From an uncultured Chloroflexia bacterium (GTDB taxonomy: Bacteria; Chloroflexota; Limnocylindria; Limnocylindrales; CSP1-4): 64,000 nt of DNA. The notes below the pieces were generated by a model, which searched no databases, was not told where the DNA came from, and saw only the letters and a list, made by a program, of their open reading frames with translations. The position numbers and the translations under genes are program-made. Below, one piece after another: positions 8,205 to 16,460 of this stretch (positions are counted from its first letter, which is position 1; each line of letters opens with the position of its first letter). Location: NCBI GenBank assembly GCA_963704325.1, contig OY969885.1:76707-140706 (forward strand). The letters run 5' to 3'.

Positions 8205-8624
8205 CTACTCGGCGAGCGGGATGCTGGGGTCAAATGCGCTGACGATCACGCGTTGCAGTGGTTCGGCCTGTCGCTCTACCTGGACCGGCTGCCACTCGGG
8301 CGGAGCCTGGCCGTCTATGTTCGCCGGGTCGGCCATGGGCTCCAGGAGACGCTCGTCGAGCATCAACTGCAGTGCTGAGCGCAAGCCGGCCATATCCTCG
8401 TCCGGCGCGCCCCACGAGCGTGCCCGCGATTCCGCATGGTCGTAGGTGCAGCCGTCCTCGAACAGCTGGACCACGGACCAGCCCGATGGATTGAGCAGGT
8501 AGAAGTACTTGCTCTCCAGGTCGAGCAGAAGGGCGCCGTGATCGAGGACAGTCGCGACAACATCGGGCCGCAGCGCGAGACCGACCGATGGTGCGTTTCC
8601 CGGATCCTCTGCCAACCTGTCCAA
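8205..8624 (-). CDS. PqqD-family protein (RiPP recognition element / lasso B1-like) with a C-terminal extension
   Basis: LRPDVVATVLDHGALLLDLESKYFYLLNPSGWSVVQLF matches the PqqD/RRE pattern. TTG starts occur at 8624 or 8615, preceded by GGGAGGG. About 50 extra C-terminal residues are present. Confidence 0.75.
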   Translation of the reverse strand: MDRLAEDPGNAPSVGLALRPDVVATVLDHGALLLDLESKYFYLLNPSGWSVVQLFEDGCTYDHAESRARSWGAPDEDMAGLRSALQLMLDERLLEPMADPANIDGQAPPEWQPVQVERQAEPLQRVIVSAFDPSIPLAE

Positions 8625-8715
8625 GCCCTCCCACTAAGCGGCCGTAGTCTAACCGCGTGGGCTCTCACCCAGTCCGCAGCGGCGGGCCTGCGCGACGCCG
8701 AAACGCGACCGGTGG

Positions 8716-9915
8716 TCAGCGTGGCTTGGACAGCAGCCGGTTGCCATACTTTCGTGCCAGGCGGATGGGTCGGGTCAGCGCGTAAAGCGGAAACAGCAGG
8801 CGGGGCAGGCGCAGCGCTTCCCAATCGGCGCCGCTCGGCCGGAAGGCGACGTTGAGCAGATAGCGGATCTGATCCGAGGAGCGTTCACGCATACGTGCGT
8901 GAAAGACGAGGGAGTCGAAGCGCCGCGGCTGCGGATTGAAGAGATCCCTTTTGACGCTTTCCGTCAGGCGCCGCGCGGTACCGTCCTGGCCCGCACTTCG
9001 GGCGACTGCGCCGGGCAGGTCCGCGGCGCACAGTTCCGCAGCGAGCAGCAAACCCAGGTGAACCATGCGCAGGGAGCCGCGCGCTCGCGACCCTTCGATG
9101 AGGCGCGCCCAGCCGCCGACGTCAACCAGCCTGACCATAAGCGCGATGTCCAGGATCCACGCCACGCGCTCCCAGCGGTGCTTGGAGCCGTGAATGCACA
9201 GCGCTTCCAGCTCGTCCACTGGATCGAGCGCCCAGATCTTCGTTCTCATCAGCTCGACCTGCGTCAATCGCTGCCACAGGTGCTCGGCCGCCCGGCGCTC
9301 CGAGTAGTAGGTCGGCACTACGGCGCTGTGCAGCTCGAGCCACAGCCCGTCACTGTCGCGCACCATCTCCAGCTCACCCTGATGGTCGACGTAGACCTCC
9401 TGCTCGCTTTCGCTCATCCGCTTCTCTGTTCGAAAGCCCATGTCGCTCATCACGTCGCGCGCCGCCAGAAGCTCGTGGCGGCGAACCAGGATGTCAAGGT
9501 CGTAGAACTGGCGCAGGGACACGTCGCCGTAGGCGCGGTGGGCGAGCACCGGACCCTTCCAGGGGGCAGCCGTGATGCCGGTCGCCGCAAGCTTGCGCAG
9601 AGTCGCCGTCAGCTCGCCGGCAAGCCACAGGTTGCGCCGCGTATTGGCCGTGTACGCAGTCTGGAGATCTGTGGCAACCAGCTCGGGTAGCAGCGCTTTG
9701 TGCGCCTCGAGCGACCGCCAGGCGACTGGTGCCAGCGCGTGCTGCATGATCAGGCGAAGGAACTCGGCCCAATCTGCGCGCGACATGTCCAGCGGAGGTC
9801 GCATCGCCGCGTCTTCGCCGGCTGCGAATGACCGCGCGCACCAAAGCAGAAGATCCGGCGCAGGGCGTGGCGCCTTCGCCGATTGGGTAGCATCCCCGTG
9901 TGGCCCGATCAACAC
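8716..9915 (-). CDS. Uncharacterised nucleotidyltransferase family protein (PF14907 / NTP_transf_5-like)
   Basis: LLLWCARS...WKGPVLAHRAYGDVSLRQFYDLDILVRRHELLAARDVMSDMGF is typical of this family. The longest ORF starts at ATG 9978 but would overlap the divergent sulfotransferase. GTG 9915 is proposed instead; the start is uncertain. Confidence 0.7.
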   Translation of the reverse strand: MLIGPHGDATQSAKAPRPAPDLLLWCARSFAAGEDAAMRPPLDMSRADWAEFLRLIMQHALAPVAWRSLEAHKALLPELVATDLQTAYTANTRRNLWLAGELTATLRKLAATGITAAPWKGPVLAHRAYGDVSLRQFYDLDILVRRHELLAARDVMSDMGFRTEKRMSESEQEVYVDHQGELEMVRDSDGLWLELHSAVVPTYYSERRAAEHLWQRLTQVELMRTKIWALDPVDELEALCIHGSKHRWERVAWILDIALMVRLVDVGGWARLIEGSRARGSLRMVHLGLLLAAELCAADLPGAVARSAGQDGTARRLTESVKRDLFNPQPRRFDSLVFHARMRERSSDQIRYLLNVAFRPSGADWEALRLPRLLFPLYALTRPIRLARKYGNRLLSKPR

Positions 9916-9965
9916 GGTCGCAGCGTAGCGGGGGCGCGGCTCAGGAACGTGGTGCGCGGCGTCGG

Positions 9966-10907
9966 GTGCCCGACGCATTCCTCATCGGCACGCCGCGTGC
10001 CGCGACGACCTCGTTTTACCGCGCACTGGGCGATCATCCCTCCATCTACGCCCCCGCGTTGAAGGAAGCCTGCTTCACCTGCCCTGACATCGACCCCGGC
10101 CAGACCCAGAGTCAGACCAGGTACTTCTCTGACGAAGCCGAGTACCTGCAACTCTTCGCGGCGTCAGGGCCGGAGCAGCTCGTTCTGGAGGGCTGCATGT
10201 ACAACATCTATTCGCCTCGCGCCCCCGGACTCATCCGCGCACTCAACGGTGCCGCCCGTCTACTGGTCCAGCTCCGCGATCCCATTGAGCAGATGTATTC
10301 GAACCACGCGCTCAAGCTGATCATGGTCGATTCGACGCGCACCTTCGAGAATGAGCTTGAGGTTCAGGCTGACGTCCGAGGCGACCGCGCGGGGCAGCCG
10401 TTGAACATGAGGGACTACGACCTGCGCGACAAGGCGATTGCCGCGCCCGGTCTGCGCCGCTTCATCGACGAGTTTGGGCGCGATCGCATACACGTCAGCC
10501 TGTACGAGGATTTCGCTACGGATGCCCACTCGGTGCTGCGATCTGCGTTCCGCTTCCTGGGCGTGGATGAGGGCCATGTCGCGACGGTAGGCGTCCACGT
10601 ACCCAATCGCGTCGCACGGAGTGACACGGTCAATCGGACGATGGCATCGCAGCGTGTGATCGCCGGCGCCAAGAGCGTCGTGCCGGATCGACTCCACCCG
10701 GTGGCCCGCCGCCTGGTCGCGGCTGCCTTTCGGCTCAACCGACGGCGCGTTCAACGCGCGCCATTGGATCCCGCTCTGCGCGACCGCCTGCGGGCCGAGT
10801 TTCGCGCAGAGGTTGCAGAGCTCAGCGACCTCACCGGGATCGACCTCCATGCGCGCTGGTGGAGTGCGCCGCCCAAGCCGCTTGAGCCGTCCGCAGGTGC
10901 GCGCTAG
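9966..10907 (+). CDS. Sulfotransferase family protein
   Basis: The 5'-PSB-like loop is PDAFLIGTPRAATTSFYRAL and the 3'-PB-like motif is LVQLRDPIEQMYSNHA. The ORF track start is GTG 9900. GTG 9966, directly before the PSB loop, avoids a divergent overlap. Confidence 0.7.
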   Translation: MPDAFLIGTPRAATTSFYRALGDHPSIYAPALKEACFTCPDIDPGQTQSQTRYFSDEAEYLQLFAASGPEQLVLEGCMYNIYSPRAPGLIRALNGAARLLVQLRDPIEQMYSNHALKLIMVDSTRTFENELEVQADVRGDRAGQPLNMRDYDLRDKAIAAPGLRRFIDEFGRDRIHVSLYEDFATDAHSVLRSAFRFLGVDEGHVATVGVHVPNRVARSDTVNRTMASQRVIAGAKSVVPDRLHPVARRLVAAAFRLNRRRVQRAPLDPALRDRLRAEFRAEVAELSDLTGIDLHARWWSAPPKPLEPSAGAR

Positions 10908-11860
10908 CGACCTTCTGGGGATCCAGCCAGCAGCGAGCGCGCTCGGACGGCGTCACGGTCCATCTGGCGGATCAACGGCGCGGCCGACCCGAACTTTCGC
11001 TCGCCGCGCAGGCGCCGAACAAACTCCACTCGCAGTCGCTGTCCGTACAGGTCTTCGTCGATATCGAACAGGTGGACCTCAAGCACGCGCGCTCCGCTCG
11101 CGCCAAACGTTGGCCGCACGCCAAGCGACGCCACTCCGGGCGCCGTGCGGCCGGGGTCGAGCGGGTCGCGACCGCTCCAGCCGGCCCGGACCGCGTAGAT
11201 GCCGTCCGGCGGCAGCGCCACTTCCTGATCAAAGGCGAGATTCGCCGTTGGGTAGCCCAGCGTCCGGCCGCGCTGATCGCCTCGCACGACACGGCCGATG
11301 ACCGCGTACGGCCGGCCCAGCAGTCGCCCGGCATCGGCCAGCCGCCCGTGGGCGAGCAGGTTGCGCAGGCGGGTGCTGGAAACCCTGGTCCCGCCGCCGG
11401 TCAGGTGGGTAACTTCGATGACGTCCAGTCCCAGCTGCGGAGCCAGTCGACGGATCTCGGGCAGCCCGCCGGAGCGATCGCGTCCAAAGGCGGACTCCTC
11501 CGTCATCACCAACGCGACCATCTGGCGACCAGTGCAGGCACGATCCAGGAAGGACGCAGCAGTCTGGCCAGCAAAGGCCAGATCAAAAGGCTGCTCGACC
11601 ACGAAGTCCACGCCGAGCTGCCCCAGGCGGGCCAGCTTCTCTGCGGGATCGCACAACAGTGCCGGCGCGTGGCCGCGCAGCACCGCTGCAGGGTGGGGCA
11701 CGAAGGTCATCACGACCGACTTCGCAGCGCGCTCGCGGGCGGCCAGGGTGAGCGACTCGATCACGCGGCGGTGTCCGCGATGAACGCCGTCGAACATGCC
11801 GATCGCGAGGCAGTAGCGGATGCCGGCGGGCAGCTCGTCCACGGCCCCCAGCCGCCTCAC
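10904..11860 (-). CDS. ribF: Bifunctional riboflavin kinase / FMN adenylyltransferase
   Basis: Contains GMFDGVHRGHRRVI, GYPTANL and a riboflavin kinase C-terminal half. It is adjacent to truB. Confidence 0.9.
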   Translation of the reverse strand: MRRLGAVDELPAGIRYCLAIGMFDGVHRGHRRVIESLTLAARERAAKSVVMTFVPHPAAVLRGHAPALLCDPAEKLARLGQLGVDFVVEQPFDLAFAGQTAASFLDRACTGRQMVALVMTEESAFGRDRSGGLPEIRRLAPQLGLDVIEVTHLTGGGTRVSSTRLRNLLAHGRLADAGRLLGRPYAVIGRVVRGDQRGRTLGYPTANLAFDQEVALPPDGIYAVRAGWSGRDPLDPGRTAPGVASLGVRPTFGASGARVLEVHLFDIDEDLYGQRLRVEFVRRLRGERKFGSAAPLIRQMDRDAVRARSLLAGSPEGR

Positions 11861-12789
11861 GGCGCGAAGACCTTCTCCGGGCGCAGCAGGCCCTCGCCGA
11901 ACCGAGCGATGGCGACGAGACGTCCGGCGCTGTCGAGCACCTTGACCAGTCCCTCCCCCGCTGAGCTCTCCGCGCGGCGCAGCTGCTGGCCGCGCATGAA
12001 CGGGCCGAGCTCCTCGTCCGTGAGTGTCAGCTCCGGGAAGTCGATGCCCTCATCCATTGGCAGCAGCAGCTCGCGCGCCCTTCCCTCGGCAAGCGCGGTG
12101 CGCACCTCGTCGAGCGTGTGCGCGGCGTCAATCCTGAACGGGCCACTCGCGATCCGCGTCAGCGCCCCAAGGTAGGCGCCGCTGCCCAGCGCCGCGCCAA
12201 GGTCGCGCGCGATGGCGCGCACGTACGTGCCAGCCGAGCAATGGACCTCGATCGTGGCCGTTGGGCGAGCAGGGTCGGTGTCAGACCACTCCATTACCTC
12301 CAGCCTGCTGATCGTCACTCGTCGCGCTCTGAGCTCGGGCTTCTCGCCGTGGCGCGCCAGCTCGTACGCCTTGCGGCCCGCAATGCGCACCGCCGAGTAG
12401 TCCGGCGGAACCTGCTCTATCTCGCCGCGCAGCCCGGCCAGCGCAGACTCGACCTTGTCACGCGTGGGAGCCGGCGCGTCGCCCGGTGTCAGCTCGCCAT
12501 CGAGGTCGTCGGTGGTCGACCGCGCCCCAAAGCAGACCACGGCGCGGTACTCCTTGGCATCGGTCATGTGGTACTCGACAAGGCGCGTCGCGCGGCCGAC
12601 GAACACCGGCAGCACGCCAGCGGCAAAGGGATCCAGGGTCCCGCCGTGGCCCACGCGGCGCACGCCGGTCAGGCGGCGGACAAGCGCGACGATGTCGTGC
12701 GACGTGGGGCCGGGCTCCTTGGCCACGACCACGATACCGTCGAGCACCGGTCGTGCGGCACGCGCCTCGGAGGACGGGTCAGCCACCAG
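11857..12789 (-). CDS. truB: tRNA pseudouridine(55) synthase
   Basis: Contains GIVVVAKEPGPTSHDIV and GHGGTLDPFAAGVLPVFVGRATRL. The start was set to GTG 12789, close to the upstream stop; GTG 12747 is also possible. Confidence 0.9.
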   Translation of the reverse strand: MVADPSSEARAARPVLDGIVVVAKEPGPTSHDIVALVRRLTGVRRVGHGGTLDPFAAGVLPVFVGRATRLVEYHMTDAKEYRAVVCFGARSTTDDLDGELTPGDAPAPTRDKVESALAGLRGEIEQVPPDYSAVRIAGRKAYELARHGEKPELRARRVTISRLEVMEWSDTDPARPTATIEVHCSAGTYVRAIARDLGAALGSGAYLGALTRIASGPFRIDAAHTLDEVRTALAEGRARELLLPMDEGIDFPELTLTDEELGPFMRGQQLRRAESSAGEGLVKVLDSAGRLVAIARFGEGLLRPEKVFAP

Positions 12790-13822
12790 CCCGGTCGAGC
12801 ATCTCGCGCGCGACCCCCAGCACGGATCGAGTCGCCTCGGCGAGCGGTGCGGGGACTGTCGCGCCGGCGGCGCGCGCGTGGCCACCGCCGCCGAACGCGC
12901 CGGTCAGCTCCGTTGCGTCGTAGCCGCCCTCACGCGTGCGCACGCTGATCTTGGTCTTGCCGCCGTCCACTTCGCGCAGCAGCACGACGAGCTCGCCGGT
13001 GGCCGACTGGCTGAGCAGATCGCTCAGGCCCTCGGCATCCTCCGAGGCTGCGCCCGTTGCCCCGTAGTCGGCAGCCTGGACGCTGCTCCACACCAGCCGC
13101 CCGCCCCGATCGTCCTCCATCCGGCCCAGCACGCGTCCGAACAGCTTCAGCTGGCGATTGGGCTTGGTCCGATAGAGCAGCCGCGCGGTGTCCGCCAGCG
13201 GAGCACCATTGGCCACCAGCTCGGCCGCGACGCGCAGCGTGCGCGGCGTGACGTTGGGGTGCTGGAAGTTGGCCGTGTCGATCACCACGCCGGCCATCAG
13301 GTTGGCCGCGATCGCTCCGTCAGAAGCGTCGAGCGGCACGCCCAGCGCGGGCATGAGCAGGGTGTTCATCTCGCACGTTGCGGCGGCGGTGGCGTCTATC
13401 CAGTCGACGGCGCCGAAGCCCGTGTTCGAGACATGGTGATCGATGTTGACGATGGGCACGCGACTGAAAAGCTCCGCGTTGCGCCCGAGCACGCCGCCGA
13501 TGCGGGCAAGGTCGCCGCAGTCGCCGACCACGATCAGGTCGTAGGCGCGGCCGGGCTCAGGGTCCTGGCGGAAGCGCTCGATGCGCGGCATGAACGAATA
13601 CATCGGCGGGACCTGGTCGCTGCATACCGGCGTCGCCCGTCCGCCCAGCTGCTCCACGGCGAGGGCGAGCGAGAGGGCCGATCCCAGGGCGTCCGCCTCC
13701 GGGTTCTCGTGGCACACGGTCAGCACGTCGTTCGCGTTGCGGATGCGCTGGACGACTTCGGCCGGCACGGCGCCGATGTCCTGGGCGGTCAGCGATTGCA
13801 GGTCCGGGCGTGACTCACCCAT
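12779..13822 (-). CDS. DHH/DHHA1 phosphoesterase (NrnA-like oligoribonuclease / pAp phosphatase)
   Basis: Contains HENPEADALGS, VGDCGD, NIDHHVSN and GGGHARAAG motifs. It sits between rbfA and truB, as in actinobacteria. Confidence 0.85.
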   Translation of the reverse strand: MGESRPDLQSLTAQDIGAVPAEVVQRIRNANDVLTVCHENPEADALGSALSLALAVEQLGGRATPVCSDQVPPMYSFMPRIERFRQDPEPGRAYDLIVVGDCGDLARIGGVLGRNAELFSRVPIVNIDHHVSNTGFGAVDWIDATAAATCEMNTLLMPALGVPLDASDGAIAANLMAGVVIDTANFQHPNVTPRTLRVAAELVANGAPLADTARLLYRTKPNRQLKLFGRVLGRMEDDRGGRLVWSSVQAADYGATGAASEDAEGLSDLLSQSATGELVVLLREVDGGKTKISVRTREGGYDATELTGAFGGGGHARAAGATVPAPLAEATRSVLGVAREMLDRAGG

Positions 13823-14241
13823 CAGGTCGTCTCGCTGCCAGGGCCGCCCGGACCGCGTGTCGGGCTTGGCAGCGTTTCCGTGGTTCGCTCAAGATCGCCC
13901 GTGCCGCCCTGCTCCAGCTCGTCGAGGATCTGGAGCACGCGCGTGCCGCGCTCGGCGCTGTCGTCCTCCCTGATGTGGAGGATCGGGATGCGCCTCAGGC
14001 GCAGCCGGCCCAGGCGCTGGCGAACGAAGGGCATTGCGTGCGAAAGGGCACGCAAGGTCTGGCGCCGCTCATCTCGCTCACCGATGACCGACACCCACAC
14101 ATTTGCGTGACTGAGGTCAGACGACACGTCGACGTCGGTGATGGTCACGAAGCCGATGCGCGGATCGTTCACCTCGCGCCGGATGACCTCGGTGATCTCT
14201 TCGCGCAGCAGCTCATCGAGGCGCGCCGTGCGCTCGCTCAT
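13822..14241 (-). CDS. rbfA: Ribosome-binding factor A
   Basis: RLDELLREEITEVIRREVNDPRIGFVTITDVDVSSDLSHANVWVSV; located downstream of infB. Confidence 0.9.
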   Translation of the reverse strand: MSERTARLDELLREEITEVIRREVNDPRIGFVTITDVDVSSDLSHANVWVSVIGERDERRQTLRALSHAMPFVRQRLGRLRLRRIPILHIREDDSAERGTRVLQILDELEQGGTGDLERTTETLPSPTRGPGGPGSETT

Positions 14242-14245
14242 TGTC

Positions 14246-16135
14246 CTAGGCCGAAATTACGCGCGAGACCATCTGCTGCGTGAAGCACTCGATGATGTCG
14301 CCTTCCTGCAGGTCGTTCGTGTCGTCCAGGCCGATACCGCACTCGTATCCGGTGGCAACCTCACGCACGTCGTCCCGGAAGCGGCGCAGCGACTCGATGC
14401 GATCTGTCGCGACGAGCTTGCCGCCGCGGTAGACGCGCGCGCTGCCGCGGACGATGCGCCCCTCTGTGACGTAGCACCCGGCGATGACGTTGCGCCCCGC
14501 CTTAAAGGTCTGGCGCACCTCAGCGCGACCCTCCACGACCTCGATCTCTTCTGGCTCGAGCAGGCCGCTCAACGCCGCGCTCATCTCCTCGGTCAGCTTG
14601 TAGATGATGTCGTACAGGCGTACGTCGACGCTCTCCGCCTCTGCGGTGCGGCGTGCCTGCGGATCGAGCTTGGTGTTGAAGCCGACCACCACCGCGTTTG
14701 AAGCCGACGCGAGCAGGATGTCGGTATCGGTGATGTCGCCGGTGCCCTCGTGGAGCATGTTGATGCGCACCTCTTCGGTCTGCACCTGCTCCAGCGCGTG
14801 GCGAATGGCGCCCAGCGAGCCCTGTACGTCTGCCTTGAGAATGACGCGCAGCTCCTTGGTCTGGCCGGCCTGGATCTGGCGATACAGGTCCTCCAGCGTG
14901 GCGCGGCCCTGCTGCTCCGGCGTGGCGCCCGCTCGGCGCTGCTCGATCATGACGCGTGCCGTCTTCTCGTCCGGCACGGCGCGCAGGATGTCTCCCGCGG
15001 CAGGCACCTCGGACAGCCCGAGCAGCACTGCCGGGCTGGCTGGGCCGGCCTTGGTGATCCGCTCGCCGCGGCTGTTCTGCAGCGCGCGAACGCGGCCGTA
15101 CGTGTCGCCCACGACGACGATGTCGCCTACCTTGAGAGTGCCCGTCTGGACCAGGACAGTGGCCACCGGGCCGCGTCCCTTGTCCAGCTCCGCTTCCACG
15201 ACGGTGCCCACGGCCGATCGCTTGGGATTGGCCTTCAGCTCCTGCACGTCGGCCACGATCAGGATCGTGTCGAGCAGATCCTTGATGCCCGTGCCGTCGC
15301 GCGCGCTGACTGCCACGAGCGGCGTATCGCCGCCGTACTCCTCGATGATCACGCCGTGCTCGGATAGCTCCGTCTTGACGCGATCCGGATTCGCGTCAGC
15401 CTTGTCCATCTTGTTCAGCGCCACCACGATCGGCACCTTGGCCGCGCGGGCGTGGTCGATCGCCTCCAGCGTCTGGGGCATCACGCCATCGTCCGCAGCC
15501 ACCACCAGCACGGCGATGTCCGTCACCTTCGCGCCGCGCGCGCGCATGGCGGTGAACGCCTCGTGGCCCGGTGTGTCGAGGAAGACGACACGCCGACCGT
15601 CCTGCTCGATCTCGCTCGCGCCTATGTGCTGGGTGATGCCGCCGCGCTCAGCGGCAGCCACCTCCGACGTGCGGATCGCGTCGAGCAGGCTGGTCTTGCC
15701 GTGGTCAACGTGGCCCATCACGGTCACGATCGGCGGCCGGGGGACGAGGTTGCTCGCTTCGTCCTCCTCGAACAGGATCTCCTTGGTTGCCTCCGCGACT
15801 GGCGCATCGCCGTTGCCCTCTACCTGCTCAGGCACGCGCGCTTCGGCCACCTCAAAGCCCAACTCGCCGGTCACCAGCGACGCCGTGTCGCGGTCGAGTG
15901 GCTGATTGATGTTGGCGAAGATGCCACTCTTGATCAGCTCGCGGATGATGTCCGCCGGGTTGACCGTGAGCAGCTCGGCCAGCTCCTTGACGGTGATCGA
16001 GTTCGGTATATCGACCTGGCCGCGGGCGTGAGGGTCAAGGGTCTGAACCGCCGAGTCGCCGGATCCCTGGTCGGGTCGGCGCGGGGGCTTGCGCGGGCCG
16101 CGCATGTTGCGCGTGCCGCTTCTACTGCGTGCCAT
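14246..16135 (-). CDS. infB: Translation initiation factor IF-2 (short N-terminus)
   Basis: GTPase motifs [20 protein letters not shown] and NKMD. ATG 16135 is preceded by GGGAGG and overlaps the ylxR end. The longer ORF from 16231 would lie inside ylxR. Confidence 0.93.
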   Translation of the reverse strand: MARSRSGTRNMRGPRKPPRRPDQGSGDSAVQTLDPHARGQVDIPNSITVKELAELLTVNPADIIRELIKSGIFANINQPLDRDTASLVTGELGFEVAEARVPEQVEGNGDAPVAEATKEILFEEDEASNLVPRPPIVTVMGHVDHGKTSLLDAIRTSEVAAAERGGITQHIGASEIEQDGRRVVFLDTPGHEAFTAMRARGAKVTDIAVLVVAADDGVMPQTLEAIDHARAAKVPIVVALNKMDKADANPDRVKTELSEHGVIIEEYGGDTPLVAVSARDGTGIKDLLDTILIVADVQELKANPKRSAVGTVVEAELDKGRGPVATVLVQTGTLKVGDIVVVGDTYGRVRALQNSRGERITKAGPASPAVLLGLSEVPAAGDILRAVPDEKTARVMIEQRRAGATPEQQGRATLEDLYRQIQAGQTKELRVILKADVQGSLGAIRHALEQVQTEEVRINMLHEGTGDITDTDILLASASNAVVVGFNTKLDPQARRTAEAESVDVRLYDIIYKLTEEMSAALSGLLEPEEIEVVEGRAEVRQTFKAGRNVIAGCYVTEGRIVRGSARVYRGGKLVATDRIESLRRFRDDVREVATGYECGIGLDDTNDLQEGDIIECFTQQMVSRVISA

Positions 16136-16460
16136 CAGGGCCTCCCCCCAAGTTGCTCGCCGTGCCCGGCGGGCCGGTCTCGAGTCGAGCGCGAACATCA
16201 GCCGGCAGGGCGACTGACAACGCGCGCTCAATTGCTTTCTTCTTGAGTGCTGTCGTCCAGCATGAGCCGTCGGCGCACAGGTATGCGCCGCGACCGGCGG
16301 CGCGCCCGGACATGTCGAACATCACCGAGGCGTCGGGCGCACGCACGATGCGCACGAGGTCACGCTTCTGCCGCTCCGCGCGACAGGAAACGCAGGTGCG
16401 TACCGGGAAGCGCCGCGGAGGAAGCTGCGGCGCCGCCTCGACCGCGTGGCCCGTTGTCAT
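16122..16460 (-). CDS. ylxR: YlxR/DUF448 family RNA-binding protein
   Basis: RTCVSCRAERQKRDLVRIV...GRGAYLC; located between nusA and infB. Confidence 0.85.
   Translation of the reverse strand: MTTGHAVEAAPQLPPRRFPVRTCVSCRAERQKRDLVRIVRAPDASVMFDMSGRAAGRGAYLCADGSCWTTALKKKAIERALSVALPADVRARLETGPPGTASNLGGGPDGTQ

Noticed and set aside
7850-8233. A 127-aa ORF considered as an independent gene.
   Set aside because: Only its first ~58 codons look coding. The remainder overlaps the kinase out of frame with poor composition. It is interpreted as the displaced kinase N-terminus instead.
4836-10907. A search for the lasso cyclase (Asn-synthetase-like), ABC exporter, or radical SAM partner within or next to the cassette.
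   Set aside because: No ORF in the 64-kb window resembles an asparagine synthetase or ABC transporter. The only radical SAM enzyme is housekeeping RlmN and the only transporter is a distant MFS gene. Absence is therefore reported rather than a call.
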